A stretch of 43,353 bases of DNA from Clostridia bacterium. Lineage in GTDB: Bacteria > Bacillota > Clostridia > Christensenellales > DTU072. How positions within the stretch are numbered: the stretch's first letter is position 1; each line of letters opens with the position of its first letter. The stretch covers positions 1-43,353 of the forward strand of contig JAQVTZ010000002.1 of the NCBI GenBank assembly GCA_028699795.1, in the 5' to 3' direction. The position numbers and the translations under genes are program-made. Below the pieces are notes generated by a model, which worked only from the letters and a program-made list of their open reading frames with translations, did no database searches and was not told the DNA's origin. Shown here piece after piece: positions 1 to 10,200 of this stretch.

Positions 1-189
1 GTTTGCGACGGCGTATCCGTCTCCGCCGTTGTTGCCCGTACCGCAAACAATTGCTACGGGAGGCCGCCATTGCGCGCTGCGGTAGATACCTTCCGCCGCG
101 CGTCGCATCAGCTCTATACCGCTTATGCCGCTTGCTATCGTTTGCCTGTCGCTTTCGCGCATGGTTTTTACGGATACAACCTTTATCAT
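1..189 (-). CDS. nnr: NAD(P)H-hydrate epimerase / YjeF-N domain protein; N-terminal 63 codons only, the gene runs off the left edge
   Basis: Absent from the ORF track because no stop lies in the window. The reverse complement of 1..189 reads MIKVVSVKTMRESDRQTIASGISGIELMRRAAEGIYRSAQWRPPVAIVCGTGNNGGDGYAVAN. The GTGNNGGDGY loop is the YjeF_N/Nnr signature. A GAGGT Shine-Dalgarno sits about 5 nt upstream of the ATG (CAT at 187..189 on +). Confidence 0.75.
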   Translation of the reverse strand, partial: MIKVVSVKTMRESDRQTIASGISGIELMRRAAEGIYRSAQWRPPVAIVCGTGNNGGDGYAVAN

Positions 190-301
190 AGCTACCTCTA
201 CAACGACTATTGTACAACATTTTTTTCTATTATGGTAGTTTAACAGTAAATATTCTGTCTTTCGTTTCTTTTTTTAAGGAAAAGGATGCTATAATAAATT
301 C

Positions 302-1558
302 ATGAAAAAATTGGTTTGCCTTATGTTAATCATGTGCTTTTCCCTATCGGCTTTAGGCGCTTTGTCTGCTTGCAAGCACGATGACGCAAGCGAAGAAATC
401 CCTCAGCCTGCGGGATATATTACCGCAAGCGGCAAAGATTTTTATACGGCGAAAGAGGACGGTGAAAAGATATTTTTCAAAGGCGTAAACGCGGGCGGTT
501 GGCTGGTTACCGAAGACTGGATGTGCCCCACCTCGTTAGAGGGAGATTTGCATCACGAAAGCGGAATGTTTGAACTATGGGATTCTTTAGAATCTACTTT
601 AGGTATCCATAATGTAGAAGAAGCGTACAACCTTTATCGCGACACTTGGTGGACAACAGAAGACTTTGATCACTGCAAGTCAATGGGATTTAATTCGGTA
701 CGGTTGCCGTTTACTTGGCGGGATTTAGAGAACAAAGACGGTTCCCAAAAGTCTGAAGGGTTTCAAAGACTGGATTGGTTTATCGACGAATGCGCCAGAC
801 GACAAATGTATGTGATATTAGATTTGCACGGCGCGCACGGCTCCCAAAACGGCAAGCATCACTCGGGCGATACGCGCACGGGCGGAAACCTGTATGACAA
901 CGAAGAGAATATGTCACGCACCGAGGCTTTGTGGGTACGCGTGGCGGAGCATTATAAAGAGAACAAATGGATTGCGGCATACGACCTTCTCAACGAACCC
1001 GAAGGGACTCCCGGCGGCGCGATGCACGCGTACACGCCGCACTGGGACTATTATGACAGACTATACAAGGCAATCCGCGCGGTAGATCCTAATAGGCTTA
1101 TTATGATGGAAGCCGTATGGGAGCTTTACAATTTGCCGAACCCCGAAGATTACGGATGGGAAAATATCGCCTACCAACTGCATTTTTATCTTTGGAGCAA
1201 CAGCGGCAATTTAGATGCGCAAAAGGAATTTTTGCAAGGAAAGGTCGCCATTTCTGATTTATTAAAATACAATGTTCCTATTTACATAGGTGAGTTTACT
1301 TTTTTCCATAATCCCGATTCTTGGCTGTATGGATTGGCGCTTTTTCGCGAACAGGGCTGGAGTTGGGCGGTTTGGACCTATAAGGTATACGGGGAGAATA
1401 GTTCTTGGGGGCTGTACAACGGGCCTTCCCGCAATGCCGACAATGTTGTGACAAAATACGACAGTATCGAGACCATACGCTTAAAATGGGAAAATCTGCG
1501 GACAAGCGCATCCTTTGTTCCCAACGAATGGCTTATCGAAATCATGAAAGAAGCATGA
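302..1558 (+). CDS. Glycoside hydrolase family 5 (exo/endo-beta-glucanase-like) lipoprotein
   Basis: 418-aa ORF with signal peptide and lipobox MKKLVCLMLIMCFSLSALGALSAC. GH5 acid/base motif YDLLNEPEG and nucleophile motif IYIGEFT are present. GVNAGGWLVTEDWMCP resembles the N-terminal strand of GH5 beta-1,3-glucanases. Confidence 0.85.
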   Translation: MKKLVCLMLIMCFSLSALGALSACKHDDASEEIPQPAGYITASGKDFYTAKEDGEKIFFKGVNAGGWLVTEDWMCPTSLEGDLHHESGMFELWDSLESTLGIHNVEEAYNLYRDTWWTTEDFDHCKSMGFNSVRLPFTWRDLENKDGSQKSEGFQRLDWFIDECARRQMYVILDLHGAHGSQNGKHHSGDTRTGGNLYDNEENMSRTEALWVRVAEHYKENKWIAAYDLLNEPEGTPGGAMHAYTPHWDYYDRLYKAIRAVDPNRLIMMEAVWELYNLPNPEDYGWENIAYQLHFYLWSNSGNLDAQKEFLQGKVAISDLLKYNVPIYIGEFTFFHNPDSWLYGLALFREQGWSWAVWTYKVYGENSSWGLYNGPSRNADNVVTKYDSIETIRLKWENLRTSASFVPNEWLIEIMKEA

Positions 1559-2118
1559 AAAATACAATGTCGCGAACAAAATCTTTGGTTTATATTGCGG
1601 TATTTGCCGCGCTTATTGCGATAGGCGCGTTTATCCGAATACCGTTCGGGTTGGTGCCTGCCACCTTGCAGACCGCTTTTGTGATGATGGCGGGGCTTGC
1701 CTTAGGCCCTACGAAAGCTACCGTTTCGGTGCTTATCTATCTTGCTCTGGGGCTTGCGGGCTTACCGATTTTTACTGCGGGCGGAGGTTTCGACTATATA
1801 TTTTATCCTACATTCGGCTACCTTTTGGGGTTTGTGTTTGCCGCTTGGATGACGGGTTTTTTGTTCCGGAAATTCAAACAAAAGACTTTATTCGCCGCAG
1901 TGTGCGCGGGGCTCGCAGGCGTATTCGCGGTTTATCTTATCGGTCTCCCATATCTATATCTTATAAAAAACATCTATTTCAACACCCCAATTGGAGTCAA
2001 TGTTTTGTTTGTTCAATGTTTCCTTATCTTTCTCCCCGGTGACCTGCTTACCATGTTTTTATCCGCCACGCTCGTTATCAGATTGCAGAAAATCAAAGGA
2101 TTATTCGATAATATATGA
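1555..2118 (+). CDS. bioY: Biotin transporter BioY (ECF S-component)
   Basis: From ATG 1555 (ATGA overlap with the GH5 stop) the ORF reads MKNTMSRTKSLVYIAVFAALIAIGAFIRIPF...LQTAFVMMAGLALGP...GLAGLPIFTAGGG. This is a typical BioY sequence with about 6 TM segments. The upstream in-frame extension to 1405 overlaps GH5 and was rejected. Confidence 0.88.
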   Translation: MKNTMSRTKSLVYIAVFAALIAIGAFIRIPFGLVPATLQTAFVMMAGLALGPTKATVSVLIYLALGLAGLPIFTAGGGFDYIFYPTFGYLLGFVFAAWMTGFLFRKFKQKTLFAAVCAGLAGVFAVYLIGLPYLYLIKNIYFNTPIGVNVLFVQCFLIFLPGDLLTMFLSATLVIRLQKIKGLFDNI

Positions 2119-2161
2119 GAACTCGGCTTGAATTATTTAGTAAGCGGTTCCTTAATTTCTA

Positions 2162-2190
2162 TTGCAATCGCCCCATATTTCCTTTATACT
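2162..2190 (+). promoter_or_regulatory. Putative sigma-A promoter for the GH13 gene
   Basis: -35 TTGCAA (2162..2167), 17-nt spacer, -10 TATACT (2185..2190), about 70 nt upstream of the TTG start. Confidence 0.45.
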
Positions 2191-2263
2191 TGTTTCGGCA
2201 TAAGTTTTTTTGCAAAAAAGAAACCGAAGAGAGCCACATTATTAAAATAGTAAGGATGTACCA

Positions 2264-4045
2264 TTGAAATTTCATTCGCGTGACACAACCTATAAAAAGC
2301 CTTTCGGGGCGGCGGCAACGGGCGAAGAGATCCAAATAATGTTTCCCGTAGAAAAACGGCGCCGCGCGAAAGGTGTTTTTATTGTCTTGCGCGGCGTATT
2401 AAATAGGCGGATTGCGCTGGATAAGTTGCAAGAAGATGACGCAACTATTTTTTTCGGTACAAGTTTTTGTGTGGACAAAGAAGGTATCGTTTATTATCGT
2501 TTCGAAGTTGAAACGGGCAAAGGATTCTTGTTCGTCGGAAGGGATGCGACGGGACAAGCGGTTGTTGGAGATTGGCTTCCCGAGTGGCAATTAACCGTTT
2601 TCGACAACCATTACACCACACCCCAATGGCTGAAAGGCGGATTGATTTATCATATTTTTATAGATAGGTTTGCGCGAATCGAAGACGGCAAAAAACCCAG
2701 TTTTGGGTATCTGAAAAGCTGGGAAGAGGATGTCGAAATCCATAAAGATGATGGTTCTTACGCGGCAGATGATTTTTTCGGAGGGAATATAAAAGGGATT
2801 CTTTCCAAACTGGATTATCTCGAAAGTCTTGGGGTAAACGCCATTTATCTTTCTCCCGTTTTCGAATCTTCCTCTAATCACAGATACGACACGGGAGACT
2901 ATTTAAAAATAGACAAGCTGTTCGGTGACGAGGAAGAATTCGCCCGACTGATTTCCGATTGCAAATCGCGCGGAATCGGTATTATTTTGGACGGTGTATT
3001 TAATCATACGGGCGCGGACAGCGTTTATTTCAATAAATTCGGACATTATCCGTCTTTGGGAGCTTACCAATCCGAAAAGAGTCCGTATTACCATTGGTAT
3101 ACTTTTTTTGATAACTTAGACTATGCGTGTTGGTGGGGTGTGAAGTCCGTACCGACAGTACGAAGGGATGCGCTAGATTTTCAAGATTTTATCGCAGGTT
3201 ACGATGGTGTAATAGAGAAGTGGACTTCTTTAGGCGTAATGGGATGGCGTCTTGATGTTGTGGACGAATTATCTTCGGCGTTTGTGAAAAAAATCCGTTC
3301 GGCGATAAAACGGCACGGAAGCGAACGCGTCATCATCGGTGAGGTTTGGGAGGACGCAAGCACGAAGGTGAGTTACGGCGAAAGCCGCGAATACCTGTTC
3401 GGGAAGGAGTTGGACGGTGTGATGAATTATCCTTTCCGTACCGCAATCCTTGACTATGTAAAGAGCGCGAATGCCGAAGCATTTGTCACAATAGTAAACG
3501 CTATTATCGAAAATTATCCTAAACCAACGCTGGATTGCTGCATGACGCTCATCGGCACGCATGATACGGTAAGAGTGATAAACGAATTGGCGGAAGGGGT
3601 TGTCCCCCATAAAAAAAGCGAAAGAAAGGCGCACAGACTATCTCCCAATGCATACGCCAAAGCAAAAAAGAGGCTGATGCTTGCGGCCTGTCTGCAATAT
3701 TTTTTACCAGGGGTACCTTCTTTGTATTATGGTGATGAAACGGCGTTGCAGGGCTACGAAGACCCGATGAATCGACGGCCGTATCCTTGGGGCGCAGAGG
3801 ATGCCGAAACTTTGGATTTTTACCGTAAGTTGGGCGGTATCCGCAAGACGAACAGGCCGCTGTTTTCTATGACTGCGACGATAACGGCGGAGAACGGCGT
3901 TGTCACAATTGCAAGAGGAAATCTCGCTTTAATAGCGAATGCATCTGGCGCACCTGTTATGATAGAAAAAGTTTTTGATTTATTGACGGGCGACTTCCTG
4001 ATGCAAGTGCCTGCTTGCGGCGCAATTATCATAAGCAATCCATAA
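2264..4045 (+). CDS. GH13 alpha-glycosidase (neopullulanase / cyclomaltodextrinase-like), cytoplasmic
   Basis: 593-aa ORF with a TTG start and AAGGA 7 nt upstream. All four GH13 conserved regions are present: DGVFNHTG, GWRLDVVDE, IIGEVWED, LIGTHDTVR. It also has the IYHIFIDRF motif and an N-terminal E-set-like domain. No signal peptide is seen. Confidence 0.9.
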   Translation: MKFHSRDTTYKKPFGAAATGEEIQIMFPVEKRRRAKGVFIVLRGVLNRRIALDKLQEDDATIFFGTSFCVDKEGIVYYRFEVETGKGFLFVGRDATGQAVVGDWLPEWQLTVFDNHYTTPQWLKGGLIYHIFIDRFARIEDGKKPSFGYLKSWEEDVEIHKDDGSYAADDFFGGNIKGILSKLDYLESLGVNAIYLSPVFESSSNHRYDTGDYLKIDKLFGDEEEFARLISDCKSRGIGIILDGVFNHTGADSVYFNKFGHYPSLGAYQSEKSPYYHWYTFFDNLDYACWWGVKSVPTVRRDALDFQDFIAGYDGVIEKWTSLGVMGWRLDVVDELSSAFVKKIRSAIKRHGSERVIIGEVWEDASTKVSYGESREYLFGKELDGVMNYPFRTAILDYVKSANAEAFVTIVNAIIENYPKPTLDCCMTLIGTHDTVRVINELAEGVVPHKKSERKAHRLSPNAYAKAKKRLMLAACLQYFLPGVPSLYYGDETALQGYEDPMNRRPYPWGAEDAETLDFYRKLGGIRKTNRPLFSMTATITAENGVVTIARGNLALIANASGAPVMIEKVFDLLTGDFLMQVPACGAIIISNP

Positions 4046-4090
4046 ATAAAATCTTATAAGTAATAATATAGTAAAATACACGGTTTTCTC

Positions 4091-4118
4091 TTGCAAAATC
4101 TTGCACCTCTGTTATAAT
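4091..4118 (+). promoter_or_regulatory. Putative sigma-A promoter (extended -10) for the giant surface-protein gene
   Basis: -35 TTGCAA (4091..4096), 16-nt spacer, TGtTATAAT (4110..4118). It lies about 55 nt upstream of ATG 4174, which has an AGAGGTG RBS at 4161..4167. Confidence 0.55.
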
Positions 4119-4173
4119 AAACATGTATATATATAGGGCGCGTAATATATGCGTCCCGCCAGAGGTGCATGAT

Positions 4174-4245
4174 ATGTCAAAAACAACTAGAATAGCCGCG
4201 CTTGTTCTCATTCTAACGATGCTTTTATTAGGCGTTACCGCCTGC
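4174..4245 (+). other. Sec/SPII lipoprotein signal peptide of the giant protein
   Basis: A positively charged N-terminus (KTTR) is followed by the hydrophobic core IAALVLILTMLLLG and lipobox V-T-A-C, with Cys at 4243..4245. Confidence 0.7.
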
Positions 4246-7200
4246 TCTACCGATACGGCCAAGGTTACCGGCATACAACTTGCCGGTGAGTATCGCAATG
4301 TTTATTTGGTAGGGGAAGATCTCGACCTTTCGGGAATGGAACTTTTGTTGGAAAACAGCGACGGGACCACCTCGACCGTTAATATTGCGGATGTCCGCAG
4401 CGATATTAAGTTTCTCAATGTCAACACCGATGCTGTTACAAAACAGCTAGAAATTACAATACAATACCAAAAACAAAAAACAACATTTACGATAGATGTC
4501 GTCAATCCGCAATCCGACGAAAACAGGGTAAATGTGGTTTTTGATTTAAATATTGCTTCTTTAGATGAGCAATCCCGAAAATTTCAAGAAATTAAAGTAT
4601 TACAGCTAAGCAAGCTAAATGCGCCTTCGTCATCTCCTACCAGAGTAGGATACGCCTTCGATGGCTGGTATAAAGATACCGCACTCAAAAACCCCTGGAA
4701 TTTTTCTGTGGACCAAGTTATTTTAACCTCCCAGCATACCCTCAATACCGTTTATTTATATGCCAAATGGACTCCCTATTGCGAAGTAACTTTCTATAAA
4801 ATATTGCCTTCGGGCGAGACGACGCTTATTGCCACAAAAATGGTAAAAAAAGGTGGGTCACTTACAGATTTTCCCAATATCCCTATAGATGCGGGCGAAG
4901 AAAAATACATATTCGAATGGGATTACAGCAGTTTCGAAAGTATTACCGAAAATATCGAGGTATACACCAAAGAACCTGTATTAAAGACATACAATGTAGA
5001 ATTTTATGACAAAATAAACGATGCGGACCAACTTCTTTATATTCTCGAAGATGTTCCTTACGGCACAGACCTTTTGGACCCTTCCACCGTGCTTACCACC
5101 CAACATGGCGCGCAAATTTCTCCTTTACAAGAAATCGGTTTGCTTTCGCCCTCTAACAGAGAAAACCATGTTTTTGCCAATGCTTGGGATTATAAAGGGC
5201 TCACTTATCATATAGCAAATCCGCAAACAAATAACCCGTTGCGCAATGTCAAGCAAAGTATGCAATTGTATGCGCATTACGAAATAAAAACATTTACAGT
5301 TTCTTTCGATCTCAACTATCAAGGTCAGTCTATTACGCCGCCCTCCCCTCAAGTTGTTGCCCACAATACCCCCATCATCGATATTACCGTAACCAGAGAC
5401 GGTTACGATTTCGACGGTTGGTACAAAGATGCCCAATGTACCCGCCCTTGGAATTTTAATACCGAAAAAGTTACAGAAAACCGTACCCTTTATGCCAAAT
5501 GGACCAAGCTGTTCAAGATCGATTTTTACGCAATCTATTATGGCGATGTGGTGGGTGGCACAGAGAGGCAACCGGCGATGGACAACTCCAGTCTTTTGTA
5601 TTACCAAAATAACGACGGAATATGGGAAGACTCTAATGGTAACGAGATGTTTGCATCATCGACAATTGACCCTCAGATGACCGATCCCGTGGGCGGATTC
5701 CTTTATAACTACATCAAAAAAGATAACGTAATCGCCTATACTCGTGTTCTGATTGGTGAGGTAATGGTTCGCCAAGGCGAGACGGCGTCGGCGCTCCCCA
5801 GTGTATATAGCAGCCAAGTAACGCTTGATGGCCATACGGCAAAATGGAGCAGCACCTCTTTTGTCAATATCCAAGAAGATCGTTCTGTTTACGCCATATA
5901 CACAATACGAACTTACAATGTTAAGTTTGTGGACGGCGAAAACCAAATCGGTCCCACACAAGTAATCCCCTATAAAGGTAAGGCAATTGCTCCTAACGAT
6001 ACGAGAGACGAAAACCTTGCCAACAAAGTGGTGTTCGACAATTATGTTACCACTACACGCTGGGGGTATTCGTTTAGCGGATGGAATTCACTTGCCTATC
6101 TCAATGTGACCGAAGATACGACTATTTCGGCAACATTTACCCCTAACACATATAGGGTCACCGTTCAACTTAGTCCTGGCAATACCGAAGTACGCAACGA
6201 GTTGTACGATTCTGTTCTTACGCTTATTACCCCCAACAGAGAAGCGGAGGGGTATGATTTCGACGGTTGGTATACCACGCCCGATTACGCGCCCGGTTCC
6301 GAATGGGGCGCAGACGACAAAGTCACGGGCAATATCAGTATCTATGCGAAATGGGTCGAAATTTACACGATTACTTTTACGGACGGAGCGACAACCAATC
6401 CTTTGGTGCTTGCAACACGCAAGGTGCGCAAGGGAAACAGTTTAACCGATATCCCCGTAGTCCCCGAAATCGTAGGCAAAAACGGTATCTGGCGCGAAGA
6501 CGGCGCAATACCGAATTTCCAAAATGTGCAGCGCGATATGATTATTGCTGCCACATATACAGACAAAACTTTCAATGTAAACTTTAAAAACGGCAATCAT
6601 GACGATTATTTCTATCTTGCCAATGTGCTTTATAATACCAAAGTCGTACCGCCTCTTTCGCCCGAAGACCCGTCTCAAGCGGTTCCCGATCCCGATGCAA
6701 GTTATGTGGGGTATCAATTCGAGGGTTGGACGGTCGCAGGCGTCACAGGCTATGTAAATTTTTCGACTTACCAAATTAAGCAGGATACCACATTTATCGC
6801 AAGTTATTCCCGCCGTACATTTACTGTGCTGTTTGTCGATAACGATTACGACAGCACGGGCGTTGTTTTGCGTGAAGTAACGATAGAATACGAAGCGATT
6901 GCTTATCCGCCCGCAAACCCCCTAAAAACAGGGATGAATTTTTTGGGTTGGTCTACCGACAAAATTACTGTTTCAGACGATTTATCGATTACGGGTGATA
7001 CCGTTTTTTACGCTGTGTATCAAATAAAAGAATATAATGTTACCTTCAAAAGTATCGAAGACAACACTACTTGGGCGACAGTAAAAGTAGAGCATGGCGA
7101 ACTTGCTGCTTATCCGTCGGACATCCCTCAGCCTACTTATAATGGATTTACTTTTACGGGGTGGGATTATGATTTCAACACGCCAATTACTTCGCACAAA

Positions 7201-10200
7201 AATATTTTTGCGATATTCCAAATCAACACCTATACGATTACTTTCGTAACGGGAGAAGGCTCAACTGTAGACCCTGTGACGGCGACACATAACTCCTATG
7301 CGATTGCGCCCCAACAACCAACATATGAAAACATGGCTTTCTTGGGCTGGTATTTGGACGAAATGTACAGCGTACAATACTTGTTTGATCAACCGATGAC
7401 CTCGAATTTAACTTTGTATGCAAAGTGGTCCGAATATGTTAGCGGATTCGGCGATATTGTATTCCAATTAAATAGCGAAAACACGGCATATACGGTAGTG
7501 AGTGTCAATCCCGATGCGCTTGCGGTAAAGATTGATAACTTTTACCAAAACAAGCCTGTTACTTCTATCGGTAGCGGCGCTTTCCGCAACAACCAAAGGT
7601 TACGGGTAGTAATCTTGCCCGATACATTACAAACCATTGGCACAAACGCTTTCGAGGGATGTGTGAACCTGCTTCGTATCGACATTCCCCAACCCGTAAC
7701 CTCTATTGGTGACAATGCTTTTAACGGTTGCATCAATCTGTCTGCCGCAACTTTTACACCAAACTCGGCTTTAACGACAATCGGCAATTACGCATTTATA
7801 AATGCGCGCAGTCTTACGGGGTTGGCGCTCCCAGATACCGTTACAAATATCGGTTCGGGCGCGTTTATGGGTTGTTCTTCTTTATATAGTTTAGAAGTGC
7901 CGCGCGGTGTTACCACAATTGGCGCTTCCGCTTTCGAGAACTGTATCGGCCTTAAATATCTTATTTTCCTAAGACCTTCCCCTTGTATTCTTGGCGAATA
8001 CGCATTCGACGGTGTGACGCAGAGTTTCCGCCTTTATGTGCAGGATGTACTCGCTTATACTTCGGGCGTAACCAGCAATTGGCAAGCGGTAGGCGACAGG
8101 ATTTGTCCTTCGGGAAACATCGCATCCGATTGGTATTACAGTCTAATACAAGTCGGGGCGCACGCGAACAAACTTAGATTATTACATTATCTTGGCAACG
8201 ATACCGATTTAGCGGTACCCGAAACGCTCACTGTCGAAGGTGTCGAACGCACTGTTTATTCTTTAGGAGACTATTTATTTGACGGCAAAGTAACGGCATT
8301 CAAGATGAATTCTGATATGCCGCTTTCTGCAAACACTTTCGGTTCCGCTTCGGGGCTTATGAAACTCGAAGTAAGTATTGTAAACGAGTTGGGCGAACAA
8401 AGAGAATTGCTCAATTCCAACATCACCTATATCCGCAATGCGTTTGAAACCATCAATAGTCTAAAAGAACTTAGTATTTCTGCGGTGGCAACGCTCAAGA
8501 ACTTATTTGGCAATGTCAATCCTCCAGCCAATCTCAAAAAAGTCAATATCCTTAACGACCGAACAGAATTGCCCGCCGATATGTTTTATAATTGCCTTAA
8601 TATTGAGGAAATAACCATTCCCGCTTCTATACAGAATATAGGTAATTATGCTTTCTACGGATGTTATAATCTTCATAGCGTTTCGATAGCGCCTATCAGC
8701 GGTCTTACAAGTATCGGCGAGAGCGCCTTCGAAAACTGTGTCAGCTTACAACAGATTGCGATACCCGATTCCGTTACCGTTATCGAAAGCAATGCGTTCA
8801 AGGCCACGCCTTATGTAACCAATTCCGACGAAACTTTCGTCGTATTGGGAGACGGAATACTGTATTCTTACAACGGCAACGACGAAACGGTTATTCTGCC
8901 CAAAGAAATCAAACAGATCAATGAGTACGCTTTTTATGGCGCTTCTTTGCGCAGCTTTATGTTCGAAGAAGGATCCGTCTTACAAAGCGTAGGAGATTAC
9001 GCTTTTGCCGAATGTGTAAATTTAGAGCATGCGGTTTTCCCAGAAACCATGGCTTCGTTGGGCGAAGGAGCATTCTATAACGATACAAAACTTTCCAAGG
9101 TTATATTCTTCTTATATGATCAATTCGGCGTCAGGATTTACATTGCCGACACGACCAGCATATTTACAAACTGCATGCATACTTTAGAGATTATTGTACC
9201 GTTAGCAAGCAGCTCAAGATTTTTAGAGTCAGATAATAACTGGGAAGAAATTATCCGCGAACAGCTCGATTATCCCGGATGGTCCGGGCTTTCCAGCGCC
9301 AACCTGTATTTCAATGAAGAATGGATTTATAGTTTAGAAGCGGGTCAAGGGATTACCCTGTTGCAATATTACGGTTCCAACAAAGATCTAGTGATACCTT
9401 CCCAAATTGGTAGCGATGAAGTGATAGAACTTGCCAACTATACCATACCGCGTAATACCATAACTTTAGATTTTAGCGTCAGTGTCGCAAGCGATTCCCG
9501 CGTGTTTGGCGCACTCAACGGGCTTACCGAAGTTACGATAAGAGACACGACGAACGCCACCTTTATTATGGAAAAAGATTATATCTACAATATGTTGGCT
9601 GCCAACCGTTCGCTTCACAAAATCAATGTGGGCGGCAAAATGAGTATTTATTCCATTTTAGGAGACCGACTACCGCCCTCCAATATTACGGCGGTTACGG
9701 TATTTGACGGTGAGACCTCGCTTGCGGACGAGATGTTCAAAGATTGTCAATATATTGTCGATATCGAATTGCCCGACTCGTTAACCGATGTGGGTAAGCA
9801 AGCCTTTAATGGAAGCGGTTGGGAAAACGCCTATGATGGCGAATTTGTTACGATTCTGCGGGACTTAGATGGCAGAGGTTTATTGGTAAGCTATAAGGGC
9901 AACCAAAAACATGTCGTGATACCTTCCGATGTAAAAGCAATTAACCGTATGTTGTTTGAAAACAATGCATTTGTTGAAATTGTGAGCGCAAACAATCTTG
10001 AAGCGATTTATGACAATGCCTTTGCGGGCGCGGAGACGCTAAGCAAAATTATTTTAGGCGGAGATGCCCCATCATTCGGAACCGAAGTGTTCAAAGACCT
10101 TATGGAAGGGGCGCAGCTTTTTGCAGATGAGGACAAACTTGCGGGATACCTTTCCGCCGATCTTACAGGCATAGAGCTTGTTGCCAACCATATCACCGTA

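Noticed and set aside
3-191. 62-aa + strand ORF at the left edge (MRRRIRLRRCCPYRKQ...)
   Set aside because: It is Arg/Cys-rich and low in complexity, with no RBS. The opposite strand encodes a clean YjeF_N/Nnr N-terminus carrying the GTGNNGGDG signature, so this ORF is an antisense artefact.
1405-1554. Upstream in-frame extensions offered by the ORF track (1405 for bioY, 4123 for the giant gene, 21008 for Na/Pi, 23402 for luxS, 25185 for the acyltransferase, 26614 for spoVT, 30796 for pgk)
   Set aside because: Each extension overlaps the preceding gene, a terminator or a promoter, and lacks an RBS. In each case a downstream ATG with a Shine-Dalgarno sequence gives the canonical family N-terminus or a clean signal peptide.
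2139-2152. CcpA cre-like site AGTAAGCGGTTCCT upstream of the GH13 gene
   Set aside because: It has about three mismatches to the WTGNAARCGNWWWCAW consensus, including the initial TG, and sits upstream of the predicted -35. This is too weak to call.
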